From Octopus sinensis (Eukaryota), in contig NC_043025.1 of assembly GCF_006345805.1 (NCBI RefSeq), positions 4,030,001 to 4,094,000 on the forward strand: a stretch of 64,000 nt of DNA, given 5' to 3'. The translations under genes and the position numbers were made by a program. Positions 1 to 12,462 of this stretch are shown here, one piece after another. How positions within the stretch are numbered: the first letter of the stretch is position 1; every line of letters starts with the position of its first letter. The notes under the pieces are model-generated. The model was not told the origin of the DNA, searched no databases, and was given only the letters and a program-made list of their open reading frames with translations.

Positions 1-1052
1 GCACAGGGGCACGTGTTGAGGCACAACTACATACAATGTGCTGCAAAACAAGAGATTTCTTTCTTTTTTAAAGTGGCCGGCCTGCCCCACAGCTTGTCCA
101 AACCTATTCAACCAAATACCATGACCATCACCACTAACACGATCATCATCATCATCATCATCATCACCATCATCAAAACCATCATTTGCAGTAATAACAT
201 TATAAATATTACAAGCATTATCAAGATAATTTTCAGGGTAAACATAATTATTGTCCTTATTTATATATACATTTATATACACACACACATATATATACAT
301 ATATAAATACACATGTACATATGTAATCTTATGAATATACACACAGACCCATATATATTATAGACGACATATAGACCTAAGTATATACTTGTGTGCAAAT
401 ATATGTATATATATGTATGTGTGTGTACATATATATGTATATATATAAATGTATACATGTGTAAAAATATTTATATACACAGACACAGGTATACATGCAT
501 ATATGTATATACACACATTCACAAACACACATACACATGTATATATATCTTTCTATACATGCATATATATATATATATATGCACATATATATATATATGT
601 AAATCCATAGGTATCCACAGACACACATGCCCACACACTCATATTTACACACACATACACACAGAAAGATCTATATACATATATGTGTGTGTGTAAGTAT
701 ATACAAACATATATATATACATATACACACACGTGTATGTATGCATATGCATATGTATGTATATACATATATACATAGGTTTGCGTTTTTTTCTTTTAAA
801 CTCAAAGTCCTTTCCCTTTCATAAATTTGGTATAATTTTTGTTGTTGCTGTTGTTCTCATTTTTATTGTTTATTTTTGTAAAATTAAATTTTTTTTTTGT
901 AATTCTGTTGAAAATATCATTTCATTTTCTTTTTTTTCTATTTCATAGAGTTTTTTTTTACTGTTTTACTTTCAAACTTTTTCTTTTCTTTTTTTCCCCC
1001 CAACAGAAAAAAAAAATTTTTTTTTTTTTTCTCATTTCAGTTTTTTTTCCAT

Positions 1053-1523
1053 TTAATCGTGTTGGAACGAAGCGTGCCTCTTCCCAACACTATCCATCCG
1101 TTTCAAACTACCCGACCGGGTCACCTTACTGGAGACGTTGTTTGCTGACACATGACGCATACGGCTGCCATTGTTGAGAGAGCACGAACCAGAGAAAACA
1201 AAACCGTCAAGCGTTGAGTCCTTCTCCGTCGGTGAGTGTAAACTTCCCACGCTCAGGTTGGACATGGAGCTTGACAAATTCAGGTTGGACACGATGGCAA
1301 GGCTGCTGCCGTTGTTGCTGCTGCTGCTGCTGGTGGTGTTGTTGTAGTTGTTGTTGTTGTTAATATTGTTGTTGAGGTTGGTAATGTTGTTGTTGTTGTT
1401 GTTGTTGTTGTAGTAGTGGGAGGAGGAGTTGAAGAGGTCAGGTTCGCCGCTGGGGAGACATGTTTCAACCATCAATTTGCAAACCTTGACAAACAGCTCT
1501 GCGTTGTCGCTCGGTTGCGTTGT
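1053..1523 (-). CDS. NF1: Neurofibromin terminal coding exon: TTQPSDNAELFVKVCKLMVETCLP...NLNLSSSMSNL...RSGSLKRMDSVGKRHASFQHD*
   Basis: Acceptor ttcctcttctcgttgcag at 1524, phase 0 after FSK. Motifs ELxV...ETCLP, NLNLSxSM and RSxGSxKR match the NF1 C-terminus. TAA at 1053-1055. Contains an Asn/Ser low-complexity insert. Confidence 0.92.
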   Translation of the reverse strand, partial: TTQPSDNAELFVKVCKLMVETCLPSGEPDLFNSSSHYYNNNNNNNNITNLNNNINNNNNYNNTTSSSSSNNGSSLAIVSNLNLSSSMSNLSVGSLHSPTEKDSTLDGFVFSGSCSLNNGSRMRHVSANNVSSKVTRSGSLKRMDSVGKRHASFQHD

Positions 1524-1726
1524 CTGCAACGAGAAGAGGAAAAAATCTGAGAATGAGATGAGAGAGAGAGAGGAGATGGGACGGATGCAAAGGATCGTGT
1601 GTGTGACATAAATGGGAATTCCCGACGGGAGGTTGGTCAAGAGTTGAAAGGACAAGTTGTCGCTAGGTTGCACTGTCTCAACAGAGGAAAAACAGAGAAT
1701 GAGTGAGAGGGAGAGAGAAGCAGAGA

Positions 1727-1757
<31 letters not shown>

Positions 1758-1832
1758 GAGAAAAGCAGAGAGAGAAAGAGAGAAGCAGAGAGAGAGAGAG
1801 AGAGAGAGAAAAGCAGAGAGAGAAAGAGAGAA

Positions 1833-1874
<42 letters not shown>

Positions 1875-1892
1875 AGAATGAGAGAGAGAGAG

Positions 1893-2599
1893 TATTTCTT
1901 TATTCACCATAAGGTTGAGTAAAAGAGGGGACAAGACAAATGTTGGGGTCAGGGTATCGAATGAGACGAAACGTATGAATAAACAAACAATTAAAATATA
2001 TACAATTAAATGAGAATGAGTGATTAACAAAAAACGAAGCGGAGGACGTGGTCGACCCCACAAACCACAGACTCACACTGAAGACTTTGCTTTCTCCTTT
2101 TTTACATTCTCGATTAAACAGGTTCTTTCACTCGCAACATACTTGCAAAAGACTTCCATCTTTTATGAAACACACTTTGCGACAGGCATTTCTTCTCCAG
2201 CCTTATTTTCCGTTTCATGTGGAAAACGAAAAAGTTGATTAGCTCGAGACTGGAGATGAACATGCCTGTTGCAATTCCTTTCACTCTCGTCTTCCACACT
2301 ACTTCTTTCGCCATAGCAACTACTGAGAGAAAACAGGCTCACTCCTCCCTATTCAAGGTTCTACTCTTCTTGAATGCGACAGCAGGTGCTCGACATAAGC
2401 CCAGAGTTCAGTCACCTTGGGGTATTGCACAATCGTGTGCAAGACAGTTTCACTGTCCCTCTCACATCTTGCACAAACCGGTGAAGATGCATTCTCATGT
2501 CTAAAGAGCTTATCTCGAACCGGTAAAGCTCCTCTGTAACATTGCCAGGCCAGGGACTTTTGGTAATTATCCATAGGCCCCAGACAAAATGTTCTTTGG
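1893..2599 (-). mobile_element. Tx1/L1-clade LINE 3' fragment (zf-RVT-like C-terminus plus 3' UTR)
   Basis: LAWQCYRGALPVRDKL...CARCERDSETVLH (CCHC-like) and AKEVVWKTR...KRKIRLE; AATAAA at the 3' end; flanked by (TC)n on both sides. Confidence 0.8.
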
Positions 2600-2788
2600 A
2601 GAGAGAGAGAAGCAGAGAATGAGAGAGAGAGAGCAGAGAGAGAGAGAGAGAAGCAGAGAGAGAGAGAGAAGCAGGGAGAGAGAGAGAGAGAGAGAAGCAG
2701 AGAGAGAGAGAAGCAGAGAGAGAGAGAAGCAGAGAGAGAGAGAAGCAGAGAGAGAGAGAGAAGCAGAGAGAGAGAGAGAGAGTGTGAA

Positions 2789-2831
<43 letters not shown>

Positions 2832-3296
2832 CATAGAATGAGTGAGAAAGTGGAGTAGAAGACGAATCCATAGACATGTGATCTAAATGTTTTTTTTCTG
2901 GTGAACAGTGAAAACTGAAGTGACCAGTTGTTGGTTGGTTGGACTGTCTGTAACAACAAAAGGAGAGAGTAGGTGAGGGTGGTCACAGGATGGATATCTA
3001 GGCACGTGATGCAAGTGAGTTTTCCATCAGGGGGATCAAATACAGATTTAAAAGGACAGCAATTTTGGAGGTGGGGGTAAGTCAACTACATCACCCCAGT
3101 GCATAACTGGTACTTATTTTATTGAGCCTGAAAGGATGAAAGGCAAGCTCAGCCTCGGCGGAATTTGAACTCTGATCGTAAAGACGGATGAAATGCCGCA
3201 AAGCATTTTGCCCGGTGTGCTAATGATTCTGCCAGCCTTGCTGCCTTCAAAAGAGGCTCAAATGTTGAAAGGACAAATCGTTGACTGATTGCATTC

Positions 3297-3685
3297 TTTT
3301 ACTCTTTTACTTGTTTCAGTCATTTGACTGCAGCCATGCTGGAGCACCGCCTTCAGTCAAGCAAATCGACCCCGGGACTTATTCTTTGGAAGCCCAGTAC
3401 TTATTCTATCGGTCTCTTTTGCCGAACCGCTAAGTGACGGGGACGTAAACACACCAGCATCGGTTGTCAAGCAATGCTAGGGGGACAAACACAGACACAC
3501 AAACACATACATATATATATATATACATATATACGATGGGCTTCTTTCAGTTTCCGTCTACCAAATCCATTCACAAGGCATTGGTCGGCCCAGGGCTATA
3601 GCAGAAGACACTTGCCCAAGATGCCACGCAGTGGGACTGAACCTGGAACCATGTAGTTGGTTAGCAAGCTACTTACCACACAGCC
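3297..3685 (-). mobile_element. SINE family 1
   Basis: Reverse complement of the family 1 consensus. Confidence 0.88.
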
Positions 3686-3983
3686 AAATGATAACCCCCC
3701 CCCCAAAAAAAAAGAGAACGAGAGAGGGTACCAGATGACTATTTGGGCCTGTGACATAAATTCCATCCAATGGTCAAAGGTTGAAACAACCACAACAAAT
3801 CTGCATCCACATCCATCACCTTTACCATCTTTGTACCACAATCACCCATCCAGAATAGCCCATCACCAATAAATTACATGCCTCTCTATCTATACAGTTC
3901 GTATCGTTTTTCTTTCCCTCGCTTCATTCATTAGACTGTGGCCATGCTGGGGCACTGCAGTAATGAATTCTAGTTGAATGAAT

Positions 3984-4238
3984 TGACCCCAGAACATATT
4001 TTTTAAAACCCAGTACTTATTCGATTGATCTTCTTTGCCAAACCACTAAGTCTTCTTCCAATTTCTTTTCCACTAAATCCACTCACAAAGCATTATTTGG
4101 CCTGAGCCAGCTGCAAAAGACACTTATCCAAGATGACACACAATGGGACTGAATCCAAATCCATGTGGTTGGCAAGCAAACTTCTTACCACACAGCCAAG
4201 CCTGTGGTTGCATAGTATTGTATGATGAAATGTATATA
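3984..4238 (+). repeat. 255-bp direct repeat, partner at 5887-6141
   Basis: Near-identical decayed-SINE segment that includes the same unique flank. Confidence 0.88.
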
Positions 4239-4283
4239 AGTATGTATACATATAAATATATAAATTAATCTATCTATCTATAG

Positions 4284-4900
4284 CAGCAATAAAGGAAATG
4301 AAGCATAATCCAGCAGTAGGTCCCGAGAGGTTCCCTGCTTGTGTCTTGAAGATGTGTCAACTGCAGCTTGCACCCCCTCTGACCAATCTGTGGCGGAACT
4401 CACTGGATGCTGGATATATACCAGAAAACCTTCTATCCCAGTCTGTTGTCCCAGTTTTCAAAAAAGGAAACAAATCGCTTGCCGTGAATTACCGTCCAAT
4501 CTCACTCACCTCTCATCTCATTAAGGTATTTGAGAGAGTGCTGAGATTGCGAATGACTCACTTCCTCGAGAGTCATAATATGCTGAACTCCAACCAGCAT
4601 GGATTCCGTAATGGAAGGGATTGCCTGACGCAGCTACTACATCACTTCAATGACATTTTGAGAGCCTTGGGAGAGGGTTCCAACACTGATGACATCTACC
4701 TTGATTTCAGCAAGGCCTTTGACAGGGTTGATCATAAGATCCTTTTGAGAAAGCTGTCCAATATTGGTGTCACTGGAAAGCTGCTGCAGTGGATCAAGGG
4801 CTTCCTGTCAAACAGAACCCAACATGTTGTAGTCAAAGGAGTCAAATCCAGCCCAGCCAAAGTCAGTAGTGGTGTCCCACAAGGCACTGTGTTGGGCCCA
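4284..4900 (+). mobile_element. CR1/Jockey-group LINE reverse transcriptase fragment
   Basis: YRPISLTS, QHGFR, YLDFSKAFDRVDH and GVPQGTVLGP motifs; truncated at both ends. Confidence 0.92.
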
Positions 4901-6156
4901 CCTGTACCTATGTCAATACATTTTTTACTGTTAACATTCCAATTAATGAAATCAATCTCTCTCCATCATCATCATCATCATCATCACATTAAAAGTTTGG
5001 TTAAGATGGAATTCTTTGGGGAAAGCCAGGGACGTTGTCAGTGCTGGGGAGTCTGGTGGAATCGAGAATAGTTTCGCCCGTTAGCATTTCAACTAGCCAC
5101 ATCCGGCCGAAATATTCACTGTTTTATATTCATACTGACCACATCTGACCTCTCACTCTTACCCTACAATGTCATTCTAATAATTTATGATAACATCATT
5201 GAAACCTCCAACCTCCAAGATGTAGCAGGATTAATTCAAAACAATGTGAATAAATGAACAAAGCATTTGACAGAGGAATCTGGACGCTAAGGGGTGAGAC
5301 AAGGGTCTTGTGTTGCCGGGCAAAGGCCACCAAGTTTGTAGGAGAGACCAATCACCTCTGACCAATGCAAACTAAGGGGTTTTTCTGAACTGCTGCAGCT
5401 GCGGAGGGGAGATTGTAATAAGGAGGAGGCATAAAATGATGAGCTTCATCATCATCATGATTGTTTAGCGTCCGCTTTCCATGCTGGCATGGGTTGGATG
5501 GTTCAACTGGGGTTTGGGAAACCAGAAGGCTGCACCAAGCCCAGTCTGATCTGGCAATGTTTCTACGGCTGGATGCCCTTCCTAACGCCAACCACTCTGT
5601 GAGTGTAGTGGGTACTTTTTATGTGCCAGACGAGGCTGGCAAACGGCCACGATCGGATGGTGCCTTTTACATGCCACCGGGCAGTGAGCTGGCAGAATCG
5701 TCTACCACTATGTTCTGAGTTCAAATTCCGCTGAGGTCGACTTTGCCTTTCATCTTTTCAGGATCAATAGATTAAGTACCAGTGAAGACACTAGATTGGG
5801 GGGGTGGTGATGTAATCGACTGGTCCCCTCACCCCAGATTTGAGGCCTTGTGCCTTCAGCAGAAAGAATTATGATGGTATGTGAAATGACCCCAGAACAT
5901 ATTTTTTAAAACCCAGTACTTATACGATTGATCTTCTTTGCCAAACCACTAAGTCTTCTTCCAATTTCTTTTCCACTAAATCCACCCACAAAGCATTATT
6001 TGGCCTGAGCCAGCTGCAAAAGACACTTATCCAAGATGACACACAATGGGACTGAACCCAAATCCATGTGGTTGGGAAGCAATCTTCTTACCACACAGCC
6101 AAGCCTGTGGTTGAATAGTATTGTATGATGAAATGTATATACTCTTACTCTCTCTC

Positions 6157-6553
6157 TTTACTCTTTTACTTGTTTCAGTCATTTGACTGCGGCCATGCTG
6201 GAGCACCGCCTTTAGTCGAGCAACTTGACCCCGGGACTTATTCTTTGTAAGCCCAGTACTTATTCTATCGATCTCTTTTTGCCGAACCGCTAAGTGACAG
6301 GGACGTAAACACACCAGCATCGGTTGTCAAGCAATGCTAGGGGGACAAACACAGACACACAAACACACACACACACATATATATATATATACATATATAC
6401 GACGGGATTCTTTTAGTTTCCGTCTACCAAATCCATTCACAAGGCATTGGTCGGCCCGAGGCTATAGCAGAAGACACTTGCCCAAGGTGCCATGCAGTGG
6501 GACTGAACCCGGAACCATGTGGTTGGTAAGCAAGCTACTTACCACACAGCCAC
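6157..6553 (-). mobile_element. SINE family 1
   Basis: Family 1 consensus match. Confidence 0.88.
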
Positions 6554-7049
6554 TTGAAACCTCCAACCTCCAAGATTTGAGGCCTTGTGCCTTCAGCAGA
6601 AAGGATTATGATGGTATGTGACAGTGTGGCTTATTATAAGAAAGAAGACAAATCTAGTCTCTCTTTTTCAGACATCACTATACTGCAAAAACATTGCAGA
6701 AAAGTAAAATTTCAAGGAGGTTCACTATAAATTTGAAACAGACTTGTAGTTGAGAAAATAAGTGTAGAATTTCCATGATTGCTATAAATCTCCAACCCCC
6801 TCTCTAAATATATATACATATGCACATATAAGTGTGTGTGCTTATTTACACACCCACACACACACACATATATATATATATTTGTTTTGCAAGATTTTTG
6901 ATGTGAAATCGTGTGTTGAAACAGATATTGTTGTATTTCGGAAAGGTCATTTTGCCAATTTAGCCAATAAAAACACACGCACTATATATTTGGTGTTATT
7001 CATTTTTCAGCGTTATTTATTTTTTACATTAATCTTAATCTTATTTCAG

Positions 7050-7089
7050 CCAGAGTTCTTTCGTCACACTCCTGTGGCCTCATCAGTGG
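7050..7089 (-). ncRNA. Minimal type-I hammerhead ribozyme fold, tandem copy 1
   Basis: CCA-CUGAUGA-G-GCCACA ggag UGUGAC-GAAA-G aa C-UC-UGG: intact core, stem I CCA/UGG, stem II with one mismatch, CUC cleavage triplet. Confidence 0.72.
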
Positions 7090-7314
7090 TCCTTTGCTTT
7101 CTTCTTTCTTATTTCTGATGCGGTCACAGAAGTGTGACAAAAGAACACTGGCCGAAATAAGATGAAGATTAATGTACAAGTATGTGTCTAAGTTTTTGTT
7201 GTATTTAGGAATGGTCATTTTGTCAGTTTAGCCAATAAAAACACACACACTATATATTTGGTGTTACTTTGCTTCAGTGTTATTTATTTTTTACATTAAT
7301 CTTAATCTTATTTC

Positions 7315-7359
7315 GGCCAGAGTTCTTTCATCACACTCCTGTGACCTCATCAGTGGTCC
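7315..7359 (-). ncRNA. Minimal type-I hammerhead ribozyme fold, tandem copy 2
   Basis: GGACCA-CUGAUGA-G-GUCACA ggag UGUGAU-GAAA-G aa C-UC-UGGCC, 267 nt from copy 1. Confidence 0.75.
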
Positions 7360-7899
7360 TTTGTTTTCTTCTTTCTTATTTGTGTGTCTCTCCTTACTAA
7401 CTGTCAGCCATTTTGTATTTCTATTGTATGTGTCTTCATTTGCGCATGCTTATATCTCTATGTGCGTCTATGTTTATTTAGTGTGTGAGGGGGGGGATGC
7501 CTGTAATATTTGTATCTCCTGTTTATATACGTTCGTGCAATTTGTTTTTGTTTATTTTTATTTTGTTCATGTGTTTACACCTAATTATTATTATTATGCG
7601 AACTTTCCTCACCTGTTCTTTAATTAAGGCATCACCCATTGCACACAGCGGACCATCTCTAGCTATGAGAAAGTGACACCAATGCAGCCCTCTGCCCTTT
7701 CATAGAAGCGATTGTAGATGCAAGTAAACATAAGAGACACACACACACACAGAGTGGGCTTTTGTCAATTTCCATTAAATCTGCTTCATACTGCTTTGGT
7801 AAAAGACACAGGCCCCTACGTACTGCAGGGTGGGACTGAACCCATAACCATGTGATCAAAATGTAAACTTCAACCTCATGCACAAACTAGACTTCTAGT

Positions 7900-8291
7900 T
7901 TTACTCTTTTACTGGTTTCAGTCATATGACTGTGGCCATGCTGGAGCACCAAATATAGTCGAAGAAATCAACCCCAGGACTTATTCTTTACAAGCCTAGT
8001 ACTTATTCTATCAGTCTCTTTTGCTGAACTGCTAAGTTACAGAGACATAAACACACCAACATTGGTTGTCAAGTAATGTTGTGGGAGACAAACACAGACA
8101 CAAAGGCACACACACATAAATATATATACACGACGGGCTTCTTTCAGTTTCCGTTTACCAAATCCACTCATAAGGCTTTGGTCGGCCCGAGGCCATAGTA
8201 GAAGACACTTGCCCAAGGTGCCACACAGTGGGACTGAACCTGGAAGCACGTGGTTGGGAAGCAAGCTTCTTACCACGCAGCCACTCCTGCT
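7900..8291 (-). mobile_element. SINE family 1
   Basis: Family 1 consensus match. Confidence 0.85.
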
Positions 8292-8899
8292 CCTACCAGA
8301 TTTACTTTTAAGATTCTGGTCAGCCAATGGTTAAAGAAGAGACTTGCTTAAGGACTGAATCCAGAGCAATGTAGTTGACAAGTGAAATTCTTATCCTTTG
8401 ATATTACATATGTAACGACAGCTGGAAAATTTTACTTCAGTCAATGTCAGTACAGCAAGGGGAGCTAACAGTGAAGTGTTACCTCCCTTTGCCATGTTGT
8501 ATGGAAGACCAGCAAGTGCCCACTGATACTGTCCAAGAGAAGGACAAGTGGACCAGAGTTACCAACACAAAGTAAAGAACAATGTCGGACTGACCTCACT
8601 CTTTAAGCATTTTAACCAAACATAATCCAGGGCAAATATTCTCCTTGTTTTATATTCAGAATGGCCAGATCCTGCTCCTTACACATGCCCTACAATGCCG
8701 TTCTAAAAATAACCAATGATGTCATCAAAATTTCAAAGCTGTGAGATGCTGCAGGACTGATTCAAAACAACGTAAATAAGGATTACATTTCACAGGGGAA
8801 CCTGAATGGGATTTCCACAAAGAATACAGTAAAAAGGCAGACCAAATACCACAAGGTATTTTGTCTGACAGCCTAATGATTCTACAAATGAATACAAAA

Positions 8900-9183
8900 T
8901 CTTTATATAAAACTGAAGTTGTGTGTGTGAGAGTCTGTCTCCTCCAATTTAGATTCCTAACTACTCCCACATTTTGCGGTGCAGTTTAACCAAAAGCGGG
9001 TATCTTAAAGTTGTGATTCATATCAAGCCCTTCTGGGTATTAGTGCGCGTCTACGATGAGTCTACGATTTAAAAAAATTTACCATCATTGTTTCGCATTT
9101 TTTGCTCGGTTTATATAAGGGAAGTAACTCTCTAAAAATGCTTATATAGTTATTTCCCTTACAAACCCGAGCGATACTGCTAG
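8900..9183 (+). mobile_element. Non-autonomous Helitron (3' hairpin deleted)
   Basis: A|TC...CTAG|T termini; family shared with 43996 and 63447. Confidence 0.85.
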
Positions 9184-9185
9184 TC

Positions 9186-9217
<32 letters not shown>

Positions 9218-9709
9218 CCTTTACTTTTATCTTTCACTGTGGCCATGCTGGAGCACCACATTGAACAATTTGTTTTAGTCAAATGAATCGACCCCAGTGT
9301 TTAATTTTTTTCTTAAGCCTAGAACTTATTCTGTTGGTCCTTTTTGCCAAACTGCTAAGTTACAAGGACATAAACACACCAACACCAGTTATCAAGCAAT
9401 GGTGGGGGACAAACACAGATACACACACACGGATATATATATATATACATACACATACATAGTTATATTGTCTGCCAAATCCACTCACATCGCTTTCTTT
9501 GGCTCAAGGCTATAGCAGAAGACATTTGCCCAAGGTTCCACATTGGGACTGAACCCGGAACCATATGGTTGGGGAGCAAGCTTCATACCATACACCCATA
9601 CCTGCACCTATATATATATATACATACATACATACATATATATATGTATATATCATGATGGACCGTTAGCTCCTACACGCAATTTTTTCTCCTTGTTTTT
9701 TTTCTCTCT

Positions 9710-9917
9710 CTTTTACTCTTTTACATGTTTCAGTCATTTGACTGCGGCCATGCTGGAGTACCGCCTTTAGTCGAGCAACTCGACCCCGGGACTTATTCTT
9801 TGTAAGCCCAGTACTTATTCTATTGGTCTCTTTTGCCGAACTGCTAAGTGATGGGACATAACACACCAGCATCAGTTGTCAAGTGATGTTGGGGGGACAA
9901 ACACAGACACACAAATG

Positions 9918-9953
<36 letters not shown>

Positions 9954-10125
9954 CACACACACATATATATGAAGGGCTTCTTTCAGTTTCTGTCTACCAA
10001 ATCCACTCACAAGGCTTTGGTCGGCCTGAGGCTATAGTAAAAGACACTTGCCCAAGGTGCCACGCAGTGGGACTGAACCTGGAACCATGTGGTTGGTAAA
10101 CAAGCTACTTACCACACAGCCACTC
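9710..10125 (-). mobile_element. SINE family 1 inserted into an HHR-bearing element (about 9652-10265)
   Basis: The flanks rejoin to match the uninterrupted copy at 12400-12600. Confidence 0.85.
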
Positions 10126-10138
10126 GTGCACCTGTGTA

Positions 10139-10176
10139 TCTTTCTGTCGAAGAGCGTAGGCTTGAAACGTAAAAGA
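10139..10176 (+). ncRNA. Minimal hammerhead fold, core variant CUGUCGA
   Basis: UCUUU-CUGUCGA-A-GAGC guag GCUU-GAAA-C-GUA-AAAGA: stem I perfect, palindromic ACGU stem III, A6 changed to U. Confidence 0.6.
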
Positions 10177-10272
10177 CTTGTTTTATTTCTATTCCTGAGC
10201 GCCATACTAATACATTGTTTGTTTGTACTCCACCTGCCTTCGTCTTTTGTTTATTTTCGTAAACTTTCCCGT

Positions 10273-10306
<34 letters not shown>

Positions 10307-11223
10307 TAGATAGATAGATAGATAGACAAACAAATAAACAGATAGATAGGAGGCAGACAGGCAGATAAATGGCCTGATAGATAGATAGATAGATGGATGG
10401 ATGGATGGATGGATGGATGGACGGACGGACAGATGGATAGATAATGTAGATAGATAACTGGAAAGATAGATAGATAGATAGATAATGGATGGATGGGTGG
10501 GTGGGTGGGTAGATAGATAATTGGATGGATGGATGGATAAGGAGACACAATTCAGTTGAACACTGGCATGAATTGCACTGAAGTGAAAAAAGGAGAAAAA
10601 AAGGGCATTCAAAAGGGTTAAGTGGGGAGGTTTAAAACTTAGTCCATTGTTGGTTGTTACTCAGAGTATCTTTTCCCTCAGGCAACAGACTCATAATTTT
10701 TTTCTTTTAAAACTTCATTGCATGAGATTGATACCATGAAATTCCTTGAATTGAGCTCTATCATTTAAGCTTAATTAAAATATAATTTGTTTTTAAAATA
10801 AAAAAAGTTAATTATACTTAAATCCAATTTCTTGCCTTATATTTTTTTTCATATTTTACCTCACAAAATTTTTGATACAAATTTTTGTTGCAGGGAACCA
10901 AAACTATTAAATTCTTCAAGCTTTCTTCTATCATTGAAGCTAAAATAAATATATTTTGCTTTTTAGGTAAAAGTTATTTAGATCTTAACATGACTGGTGG
11001 TATTACTTACTCTCCTATAATGTTGCTACAAATTTTGATGTAAACTTTTTTTTTCTATTGGATCAAATCTCAAATTTTTTTAATGCCAAAATGTAGCTAG
11101 GGACATTAATAACAATTTTCAATATGGTTAAGAACTGAATTAGTAACAAGCTCTGAAAGATGCTGCTTGTGAGTAAATTGCGACCTTAAGAATATCATTC
11201 AACTATTACCATAATTGAATGAA

Positions 11224-11270
<47 letters not shown>

Positions 11271-11294
11271 TAGCTATACTCTCTCTCTCTCTCT

Positions 11295-11691
11295 CTCTTT
11301 TACATGTTTCAGTCATTTGACTGCGACCATGCTGGAGCACCGCTTTTAATCGAGCAAATCGACCCGGGACTTATTCTTTTGTAAGCCCAGTACTTATTCT
11401 ATCGGTCTCTTTTGTCAAACCGCTAAGTAACGGGGACATAAACACACCAGCATCGGTTGTCAAGCAATGCTAGGGGGACAAACACAGACACACAAACATA
11501 TACACACATACATATATATACATATATACGACGGGCTTCTTTCAGTTTCCGTCTACCAAATCCACTCACAAGGCTTTGGTCGGCCCGAGGCTATAGTAGA
11601 ATACACTTGCCCAAGGTGCCACGCAGTGGGACTGAACCCGGAACCATGTGGTTGGTAAGCAAGCTACTTACCACACAGCCACTCCTGCGCC
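11295..11691 (-). mobile_element. SINE family 1
   Basis: Family 1 consensus match, full length. Confidence 0.88.
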
Positions 11692-12200
11692 TATATATAC
11701 ACATATACACACACACACACACGAGGGAGTGCTGAAAAGTTCCAGACTTTAATCACACAGCCATGACTGCATCTACGTATCATCATCCTCATCATTTACT
11801 GTCCATTTTCCATGCTGGCATGGGTTGGACAGTTCCAGAGGCAGGGGCAAGGCTGGGAGTCATACCAGGCTCCATCGCCTGTTTTGGCATGGCTTCTACA
11901 GCTGAATCCCCATCCTAACACCAACCGGGTCACAGATTGGTACTGGTGGGGCTTTTAAGTGACACCGAAAGAGTCACCAAGTACCTTGCAAGACAAAAGC
12001 CCTTGATCATGAAAGAGGGGGGGGGGGTGCAATGGTCTGGTGCTAATTGACCTATAGAAGGACAGAGATAGGGGTCTTACTGCCAAGCAGATAAATGGGT
12101 ACCCCGGCTGGAAAAAAGAAAGGAGAGCAATAGTGAGGGAAATGATGGCCAGATGTGATGGGACAGTGGGTGGGGGTGAAAATAGGTGAGATGATACAGA

Positions 12201-12238
<38 letters not shown>

Positions 12239-12462
12239 CCTGCTCGCTTAGCCAGAAGGGTGGCGTCATTTGAAGGCTAAAACAATGTGAAGAGCATTGT
12301 GACCAGCGATGTGTAGCAACATCTGATAGCCTGGTCGGTCACAGTGATCACGTGATATATATATATATATGACCTCTGACTTCTGCCTGAAATCAGAACG
12401 CCATGATAGACTGTTAGCTCCTACACGCATTTTTTTTTGTCTCCTTGTTTCTTTTCTGTGTA

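Larger units (their letters stand above)
6880..7385 (-). mobile_element. Penelope-like terminal-repeat remnant: tandem of about 267 bp with an internal inverted partial copy (about 7117-7185)
   Basis: Direct duplication visible in the sequence, each unit carrying an HHR. Direct plus inverted repeats with an HHR are typical of Penelope-like element ends. Confidence 0.55.

Noticed and set aside
13-948. Many ORFs rich in I/Y/H/T/C/V here and at 12544-12969, 18102-19072, 25174-25652 and 55229-56281
   Set aside because: These are translations of (TA)n/(CA)n/(TG)n microsatellites, not genes.
1524-2063. Upstream part of the tracked 336-aa ORF as NF1 coding sequence
   Set aside because: It runs through the (TC)n array and LINE 3' UTR; the true exon starts at acceptor 1523.
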